In this document: piece after piece, positions 49,032-60,800 of the stretch
Numbering within the stretch: the first letter of the stretch is position 1
Layout of the letters: every line of letters begins with the position of its first letter
DNA from: Klebsormidium nitens
Taxonomy: Eukaryota > Plantae > Klebsormidiophyceae
NCBI GenBank assembly: GCA_000708835.1
Contig: DF237371.1
Span: 1-64,000 of the forward strand
Direction of reading: 5' to 3'
DNA: 64,000 nt
Notes under the pieces: model-generated
The model's input: only the letters and a program-made list of their open reading frames with translations
Database searches by the model: none
What the model was told of the DNA's origin: nothing
Made by a program: the position numbers and the translations under genes

Positions 49032-49730
49032 GCTCGGCGACCAGCAGATCTTATCCCAAGCCCTCTATGCACCTGTGCTATGCTGCTCGCCCCCTGAGAT
49101 AGTCCTAGACAGATTTGCGTCCTCGACCTTCAACTTCAAGCTTGCAATGGCCTGGTCTCTGCTCGAATCTCTGCTGCGCCTGAAGTCTAGGCAGCTCTCT
49201 GCAGACACTTGAAAACGTACGGCTGATGTGCAGGTCTTAAACCCATAAGTTTTGGATCCAGGGGGATATTGCCCCCCCGGCCAGTTCCCCGGATCCCTGG
49301 AGCTGAAGCCTTTAATTTGAGGTGACTAGCTCAGCCTGCATTCGACTTGCTGCGTGGCTACCGGGTTGTCCTTACCGACCACGCTTTCTGTTCGGATATT
49401 GAAAACTACTTGGTTAAAAATCCGCAAACGGCCCAAGGGATCCCTGCTGTTCCAGGCTCCAGCTTCCGCCCTTGTCTTGGCAGAGTAGCGAGCTTGCAAA
49501 CGCACCTTCAGGAGCGCGCTTTAGTAGGACTTTACTTTCTGACTCGTGGAAGAGAAGATTTGGAGCTTACCGTAGATGATGTGGAGATAATCAAAAAGAG
49601 CAAGTCCGCCATCCTAGAGGGTTGGTTGGGATGAACGGTTGTCATCAGGGCTGTTGCACTTCGGGGGGCCACAACGGGGTTGCTAGCACACTCATGAGCA
49701 ACTGAGTACCTACCTCTTTCGCTGGGTGGC

Positions 49731-50933
49731 ATGGTGGCACAGTGCATTGTGTGTGGGAAGGAGGGAGCCGGTTACAAGTGTCCTGTCTGTCGACGTCCGT
49801 AGTGAGCAGTACCTCCTTCTCATGACAATACCGGCAAGATGCATCCATCTCTTTCCAAGGTCTATCCTACACAAGGAAACACTCTGTGCTGGAATGCCAA
49901 TACTTGCACAATATGCAAACAGCCTCTTCCGTGACAAGCCAGGTTTTGAGAATCGGCACAACATCTGCCACTCCCTCTCTGCTTGTGCAGCTGTTCGGTG
50001 GTGTGCTACAAGGTGCACAAGGAGGTGCCGTGCAGTAAGCCGGATGACGTCGCCAGGGAGGAAGCGGCCCTGAGGCAGCCCCCCCGGCAGTTTGAGAATG
50101 ATACCGATGAGTCCGGAACGCGGCTGAACAAGGACCAGTTGGAAGCGTTAGGTCAGAAAAGCCCTCCTTATTGGCAATCACATGCCTTATACTTGCTCAA
50201 TCTTTGCCTGCTTGCAATCACTCCCCTGACAGCTTTCTTGCCTGATTCCTGCAAACGGAATACTGATTGGACTTCAATGAGTGACCTGGCATGGGTGTTA
50301 AAGTCTGCAATCAGCTGCCTGTTCTGGCTTCATTTGCAGCCACTTCCGATGAGATCCGGCGGATGCTGAGAGACGAGGCCCTCCAGAAACTCATTTTGAA
50401 GATAGACAGCGCCGAGGAGGCAGAGAAGGTGAGTGGTTTAATGCGCATGGATATGAGATCAGAAGCACGACTCCAGGCTTTCAACAAGTCGCGTTTTCAG
50501 TCGTGTCAGCATACCACTGTTCATCGTACGGTAAACATGTACTTGTGTCTCAGGGTTCGACTTTGGTGGATGCGGCAAGCCTGGGGCTCATTAGTGTTCC
50601 TGTCTTTGCAGGAGCTAGACCTGGCTATGCAGGACCCCGCTGTCCAAGAATTCGCTCAAAAGGTGAGCGAAGAGAGGTACTTCAAATTGTTGTGCCTTGG
50701 CTTGTGTCTTGGCACTGGAGTTCACCTTCTCATTGCTGTAATTGCCATTGGTAGCATGGTGGTGGATGAACTTGATTGGTTATGCTCCCAAAAGCATAGA
50801 TGAAGGAGTAAAACCATGTTCTAAGATGAGGTCATGACGATTTCCATACTTACTGAGTGGTAAACGCCCATATCTGCTTGATACGCTGCAGGTTCTGGGC
50901 ATACTAACACCAGAGGAGCCAGCTCCTCAATGA
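49731..50933 (+). CDS. ZNHIT3: zf-HIT protein (ZNHIT3/Hit1-like, box C/D snoRNP assembly)
   Basis: Exons 49731-49801 (MVAQCIVCGKEGAGYKCPVCRRPY), ~49991-50151 (CSVVCYKVHKEVPC), ~50340-50428 (SDEIRRMLRDEALQKLILKID), ~50612-50661 (ELDLAMQDPAVQEFAQK), 50892-50933. Confidence 0.85.
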
Positions 50934-51760
50934 TATTTGATAAGAAAGAAGCAACGCATGGGCCCTAGGGGAGCTCGCCGGGCCACTTGCTTGTCAGATG
51001 ACTGTGGTCGAAGCCTATGACGGGTTTACCAGGTAGCAAAATTGTGCAGATTTGAGGTACTTCCCTGCACGTTCGACGGATCAAGGCAAAGTTCTTTGTT
51101 TTCTTAGGACTTGCTCAGGGCTTCAAAAGGCATAGAGCCTGTGGGCTTGCAGAAGAGCAACATCTCTTTTAATCCTATACGAGACGATTTTGCAGCTTCT
51201 GACGTTGACAGAGAATCGGAAGCGCAGCGAATAGCCACTGTTAATGGCCCAACCATAAGTTCGTGGAGCATATACCAGAGGGTTTTCTCGATGGTCCCTC
51301 AATAGTTCATTGCATGCGTGTCACAAGTCGCAGATCCGAACGTACTGCTACTTCAGTCTATAACACATGGGCGCTGTGTGCATAAATGTGTGCATAAATC
51401 AGGCGTGTTGACTCATGTAGATATTCGAAACTAACCGAACCGGACATGATTCTCTACAGCTACTCTGCACATGACGATTCTGATCATCCTGAAAGCATCC
51501 TGTATTTCAGTCCGTGTGATCGATCGAGCTTTAAGCGCCATGCTGCAGCACGAACGACGTATCACACCGAGGCTTTCACGCCTGCTATACGTACATAGCC
51601 TTTCTTGGCCAGACAAAGTTGGCTTCATTGTGGCAGCGGTCAAGCTATATTAGTCTGAAACGCTTAAGCTTCCCTAACTGGGATTCGTTGACAGTCTTTG
51701 ACGTCGAAGTGGCAATCGAAAGCGGCATCTCCGAGCAGCTTCATGCTTGGTCAGAGTCTT

Positions 51761-54700
51761 CTACGTCCGTTGTCCCACAAATGCATTCTCACTAGAAGGC
51801 AAGTTCAAACGTATACTCCTCTGTCTCTCCCTGAGAACCAGCTGCCACGCCAATCCTAGCTCCATCTTCTCAACACGAGCCCCCGGGGCTTTCCGCCGGA
51901 CCTCCCTTGCTCCCCTTGTATTCGCTCTCTGCTCACCCGATGCAGCGTTCGATCGATCGACCGGGTCGCAGAGCTCCGGGGTAAAGATGACGTGTGCCGA
52001 AAATTGGGACCCCGACCACTGATCGGGGGACCTTTCCGTAGATCCTCTCCGGGGCCCTGGCGCAGCGCTCTGCGGCCGTCGGGAACGCTCTCCATCCGCC
52101 ATCGTGGCGGTACGACGTACCGGGCCTGCCGTTGCCGGTCGTTTTGCTGTGCGCTCGTTAACGGCCTCGTGAGACAGTACGCTGTTACTTCGCTCGACCC
52201 ACATCGCCCCTTTTGTCGCCGTTGCAAACGAGCGCGTTTTGGTGAGCATGGGCTCATCGTGTGAACAGGACTCCTCTATCACGGGGGGCTGCTCATCTGT
52301 CGAAAACTCCCCGTGTCTTCCTTCCAAGTAATCGACCTGCAGCCAAAGCACCGGCCAGCGTATAAGCCCGAAAGCATCGCGTCTTGTAATCACAGTGTGC
52401 GGAGGGCCACGAAGTCCTCGGAAAAACTGAGCATCCAATAGACAGCAGTCTTTTCGAATCGACGTCCGATTTACTTTTCAAATCTGCAGCTCACAAGGAA
52501 GAGCAGAACGAGGTACACCGGAAAAGAATGTAAATGCTCAACATTCTCAGACATTTCGACTCGCCCCCACGATTACATCCAAACCACTGAATGCGCAGAC
52601 GTAAGGCTGCTCCTTCGACAAGCAGCTCAGCTCCTGGATTCAATCACGAACCCACACCCCTACACAAATGCAACAAGCTCACCATGAAGCGAAACTCCTC
52701 CCTCAACGCTTGCAGTTTCTCTGAACCCAGTATCCTCTTCAAGTCCGCTTTCTGCAGGCTGAGTAGGTCCACCGTACTGGCGGCCTCCGCATACCTGCCG
52801 CCCGGCAAAGATTCATAAGCGATGGGCGACAAAGCCTCCGTGCGGCGTAAGGGAGACACTATTCAAGTTTATCTGAACAGTCTGATTCGGCCCGTTCTGA
52901 GCAGACAAACGCAGCACTGCGTCAGGGCTGCATATGCATTGGCAGTCAAAATGACGACGCAGTGTCGTTCTCAACACTTTGCGTCGACGTTGGAATCTCA
53001 AAAAGTTGGGCTCTCAAAAACGCATGTGAGGAATCTCCGCCAGTCAGGAAGAACACTTCGCTGTTCAGTTGCATCTCATGAAAGCCGACTCAGGATTCAG
53101 ATGCAGAGGTCCAGTGGGGGAATTCGTCAGAACGTCTCACCAGTCACGGCGCAACTCGGGCGACAGCGACGCGACGCCCAGCACAGCCCCGGGCCCCAGG
53201 GTGGACAGCCACGTGGCCCGCCGCGCGGCCGCGCCGCGCGCTCCGCCCGCTCGAGCGTCCATCGGAGAAAGTCCGGCGTACAGGGACAGCTGTCCGCGCC
53301 GGACAATGCCGACGCCCTTCATTGCGTCCAAAACGAAAGGGGCGCCCGCTGGAAAGGAAAGGGAAAGCGCAAAGGATGAATGCTGTGGTAAGGGTGATGT
53401 AATTGAGATTTTGCCGATGCTCGCGAAGGTGCCAGATTCTATTGATTGGGAGTTTGTTAGGATACGGAACGGAAACAGTATGGAAAGCAAATCTGCAATC
53501 TTGCAGGAGGCAATAGGTGGCCAGAATGCTCAGGTGAGTTGCGGTGATGGAGAAGAAAGATCACCGCGCCAGCAATACGATCTCAGCTACTGGAAGGAGG
53601 ATGGGGCGACCTTCAAACGGGGCCCCAGCCAATAGCATTCACGAGAAATCTCGTTGGTTGTTACCTTTGTGGCGGCTCGGAACGGCTGCCGCCGCCAGTT
53701 CGGCTAGCTGGGCGGGCGAGCAGTCCCCGAGGCAGGGAACGGTTGACAAGAACTGCGCGACGCGGCCGCGCTCGCCCAGCGTCCGCGACTCAAACACTTT
53801 CAGGAAGGCGGGCTGGTGTGAGAGAACACGACGAAAGTTAGGTAACTGAAACGGCTACCGAGGTGATGAAGAAGTTCCTTCAGCGAGACGGTACGCTTCT
53901 AGAGGGCGGTCCCACGTTAACTGGTGCGCTTTGCCTTGCTACGACCCTAAACCAGACGCTGTTGTCGACTCTCCCAGCCGCTTCCAAGTCTCGGGCTCAG
54001 GCACCCCTGCCCTGCGCAACCCACAAACAAGAGACAAAACTTTTACGCAACCACAGCCTCTAGAGGTGAGACTCTTCATTCTGCTTGAGCAGCCAAGCAG
54101 CGTTAAAAGTGTTGCGGCTTGCCTTGTCCAACTTCAGAAAGTAGCACGGGCTCTGGCACTGGATGGCGGTCGGACACGTGTACTTCCGCTTGCGAATGGC
54201 TTCCGCCCCAAAGGAATCTCCGGGCCTCAGCGCGCGGACGAGGTCCGTGCGCGAGCGGTCGGCAGCGGCGACCTGAAGAACCGAGCGCCATTTTCGTTCT
54301 TTTGAACTTGAGTCTCGACATCCTCTATATAAACGTTCTACTTCGTCGCTCTCCGAAAGAAAGTGACTTCGTCGAAGCTCCGAAATTAAGCTCCCCATTG
54401 CTAGATTGACAGAAGATGGCAGGATGGACGTACAATCGCCTTTCAAAGTGCCGTACGCGACATTTCCGTGACGAAGAGGCTGTAGAGGATTCGGCATCGA
54501 TCATGATGAAGCTGGGAAGAAAAGGGGCGATTCAAGAGAGAAGCGCACCGTTTCCTCGACGAGGCCTTTCAGAAGGATATAGAAGGACCGCCCCCTGCCG
54601 CCCTGCCTCTGAAGCACCTGGAGGCACGGCTGCACTTGCCTCGCGTAAGACTTTGCCGAGAAGTGACTCGCCCTTGGTGACAAGGATGGATATCAAAGCC

Positions 54701-55779
54701 GTCTATAGATATTCACTGTGATCGTTTTGCATTTGCGGCACTAGCAACTTGAAACGAACGGCGCTTCTAAGCAAAAGGCACAATACTACGAGTTGACGAC
54801 TGCAAAAATCTGCGCAACACTTTAGAAACGAAATTGAAGAGGTGCACCTTTTATCATCAATGGCAGCGCAGAGGAGCTATTACCTGTAAGAAGGGCTTCG
54901 CTTGCCCGATTCGCTTAAGCCTGATGTATCCATCAATGCAAGCAGTAAACACAGACATTAAAGCATCAAAAAGAAGAGTGGCATTATCTGCATACACAAA
55001 TCCTACAGTAAGCTATCCTCAGAGACGATCAGGAGTTGATGGCCACTTTTGTTTTTGGAAGGGGCCGGACGGATGAAATCGATTCTGTCTCGGCGTCACC
55101 TGTCCGTTATAGCACCGCTCCAGCCGCAGCAGCCCGCAAATGTCCAGCTGGACACGTGGCGGCTGCTCAGCCACGAACGGGCTCAGCCGCGCCAGCAGTA
55201 GGGCGGCCTGGGGCTGGGCCTCGCTGGGGAACCGCTTGCGCCTGCCGCAGAAAACGTAATGGATCCCAGCTTCTTTCTTTGAGCCTTTCTTCCAAGCCGA
55301 ATTGGTGAGGAGCTAAGAAGCGGTAATTGGTCTTCTATGGGCGATGCCAGTATGCAAGGAGTAGCTCATTCCGAGAAGGACACCCGAGTGGGGACAAGCA
55401 TTCTCGTCAGCTGTGAGCCCAGAGGGACTGGAATGAAAGTTTTTCTATCTTTTTTTCCCTTTTACTCGCAACCATTAGAGGTGCAATTGCCTCATTCTCG
55501 TTTCTGTCCACCACTTCCCAATCACATGACAAGTCTATCTGACGCTTGGATGGAAGGATGCCTGACTTTATGTCATGGTGATGAAGCGCCTGCGTCCAAT
55601 CCAAACGGACGGCCAGCATCCAAACGAACGCTCAGAAGCACTGGCGTTACAGTAAGGGCATTTCGAGATTGCACTGAGCTCAAACTACTCACCCGTCGAC
55701 CAGGCTGATGATTGCCTTGGCCAGCGCCGCCGGGGGCAGGCCCTCCTGTGTCGAAGCACCAGTCTGGGTGTCCATTCAT
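51761..55779 (-). CDS. Protein with two cyclic-nucleotide-binding (cNMP/CAP_ED) domains and a low-complexity C-terminal tail
   Basis: Exon pieces: 55779-55693; ~55243-55100 (SPFVAEQPPRVQLDICGLLRLERCYNGQ); ~54630-54550 (VLQRQGGRGRSFYILLKGLVEE); ~54270-54120 (ALRPGDSFGAEAI...CYFLKLDK); ~53810-53665 (FLSTVPCLGDCSPAQLAELA); ~53335-53140 (VGIVRRGQLSLY...LSTLGPGAVLG); ~52793-52685 (YAEAASTVDLLSLQKADLKRIL); ~52337-51761. Internal boundaries are approximate. Confidence 0.7.
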
Positions 55780-55781
55780 TG

Positions 55782-55871
55782 GAACACTTAGTTCACTAAC
55801 CGACAATTTCTTGGATCACTAACCAAGAATACTTAGTTCACTAACCGAGAATACTTAGCTTACTAACCGAG
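55782..55871. repeat. Four ~22-bp tandem units (GAATACTTAGTTCACTAACCGA consensus) just upstream of the cNMP gene
   Basis: ACTTAGTTCACTAACCGA, TTGGATCACTAACCAA, ACTTAGTTCACTAACCGA and ACTTAGCTTACTAACCGA in succession. Confidence 0.8.
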
Positions 55872-57812
55872 GAAGTCCCACTTTATTGCTCGGTCTTTGG
55901 GCTCCTCAGGGAGGGCCTCAGACGCTTGCTAAGACTTGCCAAGGCCTGCCTAGCTAAATCAGGAGAGGGCATTCTTTCGAGTATTTCTAAGCTAAAATTG
56001 TTTGCAGACCATGTTGCGAAACCGCTGAGTGTGTCCTATCCGCCAAATGCACAGGCGAGAGCTACGGTAAAACCTGGAATAGATTGACCGGTTGGGCTAC
56101 GCTCTCCGTGAGTGGTCAGGGAACCAGCTGACTCTTCTGTAGCGGGAATCTTGCCAGGACCTTCTTCCGACTCGTGCGGCTGGCTGCGGCTTTCAGTTTG
56201 GGCGGATCCCTTAGCCCCTTGGTGACCGTACTGAACAAAGTGAGCGGTCTTTACGGCTCGCAGCATGAGAGAGGCCATGCTTGGAGGCAATTAGGGGCTC
56301 GGTTTTATTGGGCGAAGACCTTGCAACACGCATGTTGGCGCTACGGGCGACCTTATCTTCACTAGCAATGCGGCTACTATAGCGCATCCGTTTGCCCTTC
56401 TTACAGACTTGGTCTATCCGATGTTCAATACGTCGCATTTTGACAGACTCTCAAAGTGTGGGTCAGGCTAGAGGTTCTGAGGTTGCAAGAAGTGCCTGTT
56501 GAAAATTCGGAAGAATTCAGCAGGCTGATCGCTCTGCTCAACAAGCATCCGTCACTCTCACAATCTCATGGCCGAGGCTGATCCTCGAATCTTCTCGACT
56601 GTGTTCAGAGTGGAAGCATACACGAAGAACCAGACGGCAGTCATTTTCAACGGAGTCAACGACTTCAACGGTGGACGACTTGGACCCCAGTACAGATCGT
56701 TCGTCGCCGTCCGATCGCGGGTATTTGGTTCCGAAAAGAAACCATCGGACGGCAGCCCTGTGAACTTCATGCTTCAACTTATGCCGGGCGCGGGCGGCCG
56801 ACGCGCGGCAGTCTGGCCTATGATGGACATAAATCCTAGTCACTAGCTAGGCTAGCTCGGACCGGCCATTAGTATTAGTAAGGTGCGCCCGCGCCGGTTG
56901 CGCTGGACTCAGTCGGATGATGCCCACCTCACGAGGCGCCAACTACTTACAATGTAGGTAGTAGCAGATTCGCTCACTCTTGGAGGTTGGCGAATGGTAC
57001 CTGGCGTGCGCGATTGCATGCTAGGAATAAATGAGAACACGGGGTCCAACACCCAGCTAGCTAACCTGGCATGCCCACCGCGAGACTCCTCACAGTTATC
57101 ATTCGCATATTGGGCTCCGCCCTTGGGCACTATTCTCGTATTCCCTCACCCTCGTACGTGCATGCACTAACTATTACATAGCCATGCATGCACATCATGC
57201 CACTCAGTGCATCATAACAGCGACAATATTTTTATGTTGGTCATGTGTTGACGCTAATCTCCAAGTTTCCGTTATCCAATATGCGTGCCTATGATCTTTA
57301 ATTAGCTCAGATCGGACGAAGCGAAGATCAACTAATATTTCACATGCAATATATAGGACGAAGCGAACGACTTTTCTGTGGACAAAACTCGAATATTGGA
57401 AAGCGTATGCGGTCACTAGCTCATGAGATAAAACACGCAAGCTACGGGAGAACAACCGGCCAAAATGCGTTGTGTCCTCATCGAGCCATAAGACATAAAT
57501 CTGATCATGTAAGTTTGCAACTCATTCATCACGATTTGTACTTCGCAAAGCAGATTCGCGCCCTCTGATCACAAGGTGCAAGCTAGACCAGTTTGAGTTA
57601 CACTGCTGCAACCAATTTCTTCCTTGTTGAGTTTCATAATGCATGTAGAACCAGTCAATTACCGAATTTAACCCTGTGACGAGTGCCTATGTCGTCCGTC
57701 ATCGTTCATTCTGATAGCCCTTGACCGCTAAACAATGTCGAGATGCCTATAAAGGTGTCTTCGTCCCCCGCAATCTTTACGGGCACTGTACAGACCCCGC
57801 CCCGCGATAACC

Positions 57813-60800
57813 TCAGATGGGCCTCATGCAGGGCTTGATGTTCCATATCTCGTCGGCGTACTGCTTTATCGTCCTGTCGCTCGAGAACTTGCCGGACCCA
57901 GCTGTGCTCAGGATGCTCATCTTGGTCCACAGTTGCCGGTCCACAAACGTTCTGTCGGCTTTGGCCTGCAAGAGCAGCGCCCGGCCAGCTGTCAATCTTT
58001 CACAATGGTATTAATGCACTTTGAACAACACACGGCTAACAATCAGAATGGAACCCCAACCCCGAAGAGCCAAACGGTGGAGAAAGACAGGCCTCCGCTC
58101 TTGGAAGAGGGACCCTCTCAATCACCTCATTTAGGGAGTCGCCGCACGTGACATCGATCAAGAACCTGAAAATGCTGATCTACGCATCAGACGAATAAAT
58201 GCGGACAGTCGGAACCCCCTCTAACACACAGAGACTGATGACTGTGGTGGACCCGTTTCGCCACTTGCCTGAGCTAGGAGGTAGGAGTCGAAGTCATTGG
58301 CCAGCAGGTAGACGTCGGGTCCCGTGATAGACTCGACCACAGGCTTGAAATACTCAGCGAAGCCAAACTTGTCGTCCCGGATCATCCTGCAAAGATTGAG
58401 CTAGAATCTTAAGGCGGACCCTTAACTGTCGTTCAACACCAGACCTAATGAAACCAGAAACCTACTGAGGAAGGCTGTAGGAACTACCTAATGAGTTTGA
58501 CTGGCTTCCGCCCGTCTCATCATACAATGAGCCCGACTTGCAAGATTTCATGGGACTAAAAATACATCAAACATTTCGAGTCAAGCACGCTGAGGTCTGC
58601 CTGCTGATCGCCTTGCATGGCCACCCGGTTCTTGCTCAACGTGACAAACGTGACGAAAGCGCATCAAATCAAGCTGAGTAACGAAGAGCAGCAAACCATC
58701 CTTGCACTGCAGTCAAGTCAATGGACGGGCCTCTGAGACGCGGGTCAAGTTAAACACAAAAGCAAAATCTTTCCACAGTACCAGGGACTCAATGACACTC
58801 ACTGTACGACTCTTTGGAACGCTGGCGACGGCCGGAAGGAGGGCCGCTCCTGCCGCAGCTTGGGCACCTCCTCCGTCCGCACTCCAAAGATGAACTGCAC
58901 GGCCAAACCAATCAGCTAGTCGGAAAACGGCCCCCCAACCAGAAGAAGGCCCTCCAACTTGACCCTGAATCGAACTGTGTCCAATACCGGGACGGGTCCT
59001 CGAACAACGGTGGAGGAACTTCAGAAGAGATGCGCCTCGCTGAAAGCTAGCAAACTGCCGGCCACGGCGTTGGAACTAGAGCCGCAGAGCAAATCGACCG
59101 GCTCACAGTCACGAGCAAGATTCCAGGCCCTCGTTTTCACAAACAAAGAGGCACCCTCTTATGGCGTTAATACTTTGCTGCGAGGCGGGTTATGAGAGAA
59201 GGCAGCTCACCATGTTTTCGTCCCCAATCTCCTCCGCAATCTCGACGTTAGCCCCGTCCATGGTCCCTAGGATGAGCGCCCCGTTCATGGCGAACTTCAT
59301 GTTGCTCGTGCCGGACGCCTCGTTCCCGGCAGTGCTGCACACGCCAGCCACGTGTCACTTACCGCTTGAACCTATTTGTGCTGCACTTCTGGGGATCACT
59401 GAAGCAGTCGGGCTGAAGATGCGACCTGGATTCTTTTCTGAGGAATCAGACATAACTCCCGAGGTCGTAAACTTCTTGCTTCCCCTCCTCCGCAGCCGCC
59501 TTCTCAACGCTTTCGCCTTTGGGATGAACTTTTCAATCTCTCCTAGCTCGCAACAGACGCAATCTCACACGATCACCTTTGCGGAGCTTTCAAAGTGCTC
59601 AACATACCAGAGAGAAGATTACTCACAGCAGGCAAGATCCAGTAATGCTTTGACAGGAGGAGGCGTCCCTCCCAGAAGAGCTTCTCGTCTCTGACAGGAC
59701 TGCGGGCTCCTCATCTCCAAGCTCCCTACATGAAGCAGGCGGTCCAAGGCTCACCTGATATGTTGAGAGAGGTCCGTCGAGGGGATGATCAGCTCAGCGA
59801 GCGACACGTTGTAGTCGGGGACGAAGATCTGCAGGAGAAGGGAGACACAACTTTCCGCGCATGCCAAGCACTCACTTGCAAAGGAACTAGGATGAAATTG
59901 AGCAACACCTTCTTTGCGGGCACTGCCCCACGGCTCATACTCACAATCTGAGGAGCACAGGGAAGCAGATGACATCAGAAATTTAAGTTCACGACTCTCG
60001 ACGACTCGGCAGTCCGTTGGCAACCGGGTGTCTAGAAAGCTGGGCTGACCAGCTTGAGGAGGTTGCCGACGTCAGGGTCCTTGTTGATGACGTCGCCTAC
60101 TGCGCTGACGAGCTTGATAATCCGCTTGGCCATGTCGTACCCGGGGGCCGCCTTGCCGCCGATGACGCACACACGGGGGACCACCAGCTTGCGCTGCTCC
60201 GGCTTCATTTGCTGCAACGGGCAAAAACAAGGTTCTAAGCGATTGTTCAAAAAGGAAACTCTCTCTCCGCTGAAAAATGTCACTGTTCTAACTTGGGCTA
60301 TCCAATCTAGACGTCCAGCTTTGATGACAACCCTTTCATCGCGGGGAGTCAGAGGAAAAGGCGTTGGAGGCTACAAAAGGATAGCCGTCTTTGAAACACT
60401 CGATGGGGCGACACGAGTCTGTTTACCGAGCTACGGCGCGCACAACAGCAAGAGGAACGCGACAGGTGGCACTCTGGATGCTGACGGCAACTACCTGACG
60501 CAAGGGCACTATGATGAGATAAAAAGCCGATTGAAATTCGACGTCCGGAGAGGAACCACGACTCTGTGGTACTTTTTCCATAAGGGCGTTGCGGCCAAGG
60601 CGGGGTGCTCACCTTGATGCAGTCGTACCGGTGGATGATGCTGAGCACGTTGAGCAGCTGCCGCTTGTACTCGTGGATGCGCTTCACCTGCACGTCGAAC
60701 ATCGCCTCCGTGCTCACCTGCGGGAACAATTATTACCAATCACAACGTTAGATGCATCGTCTTAGAAACAGCGAAAAGGAGCAGGCGAGGAGCAAGTGTC

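Noticed and set aside
55782-55871. Possible mini-CRISPR
   Set aside because: Units are contiguous with no unique spacers, so this is a simple VNTR.
56538-56846. Overlapping ~92-101 aa ORFs on both strands in the intergenic region
   Set aside because: No motif, convincing splice context or transposase signature could be recognised.
56850-57600. AT-richer intergenic stretch with short palindromes (similar ones at ~18700-19250, 34800-35650 and 45300-45700)
   Set aside because: Possibly decayed TE sequence, but no termini, TSD or second copy could be identified by eye.
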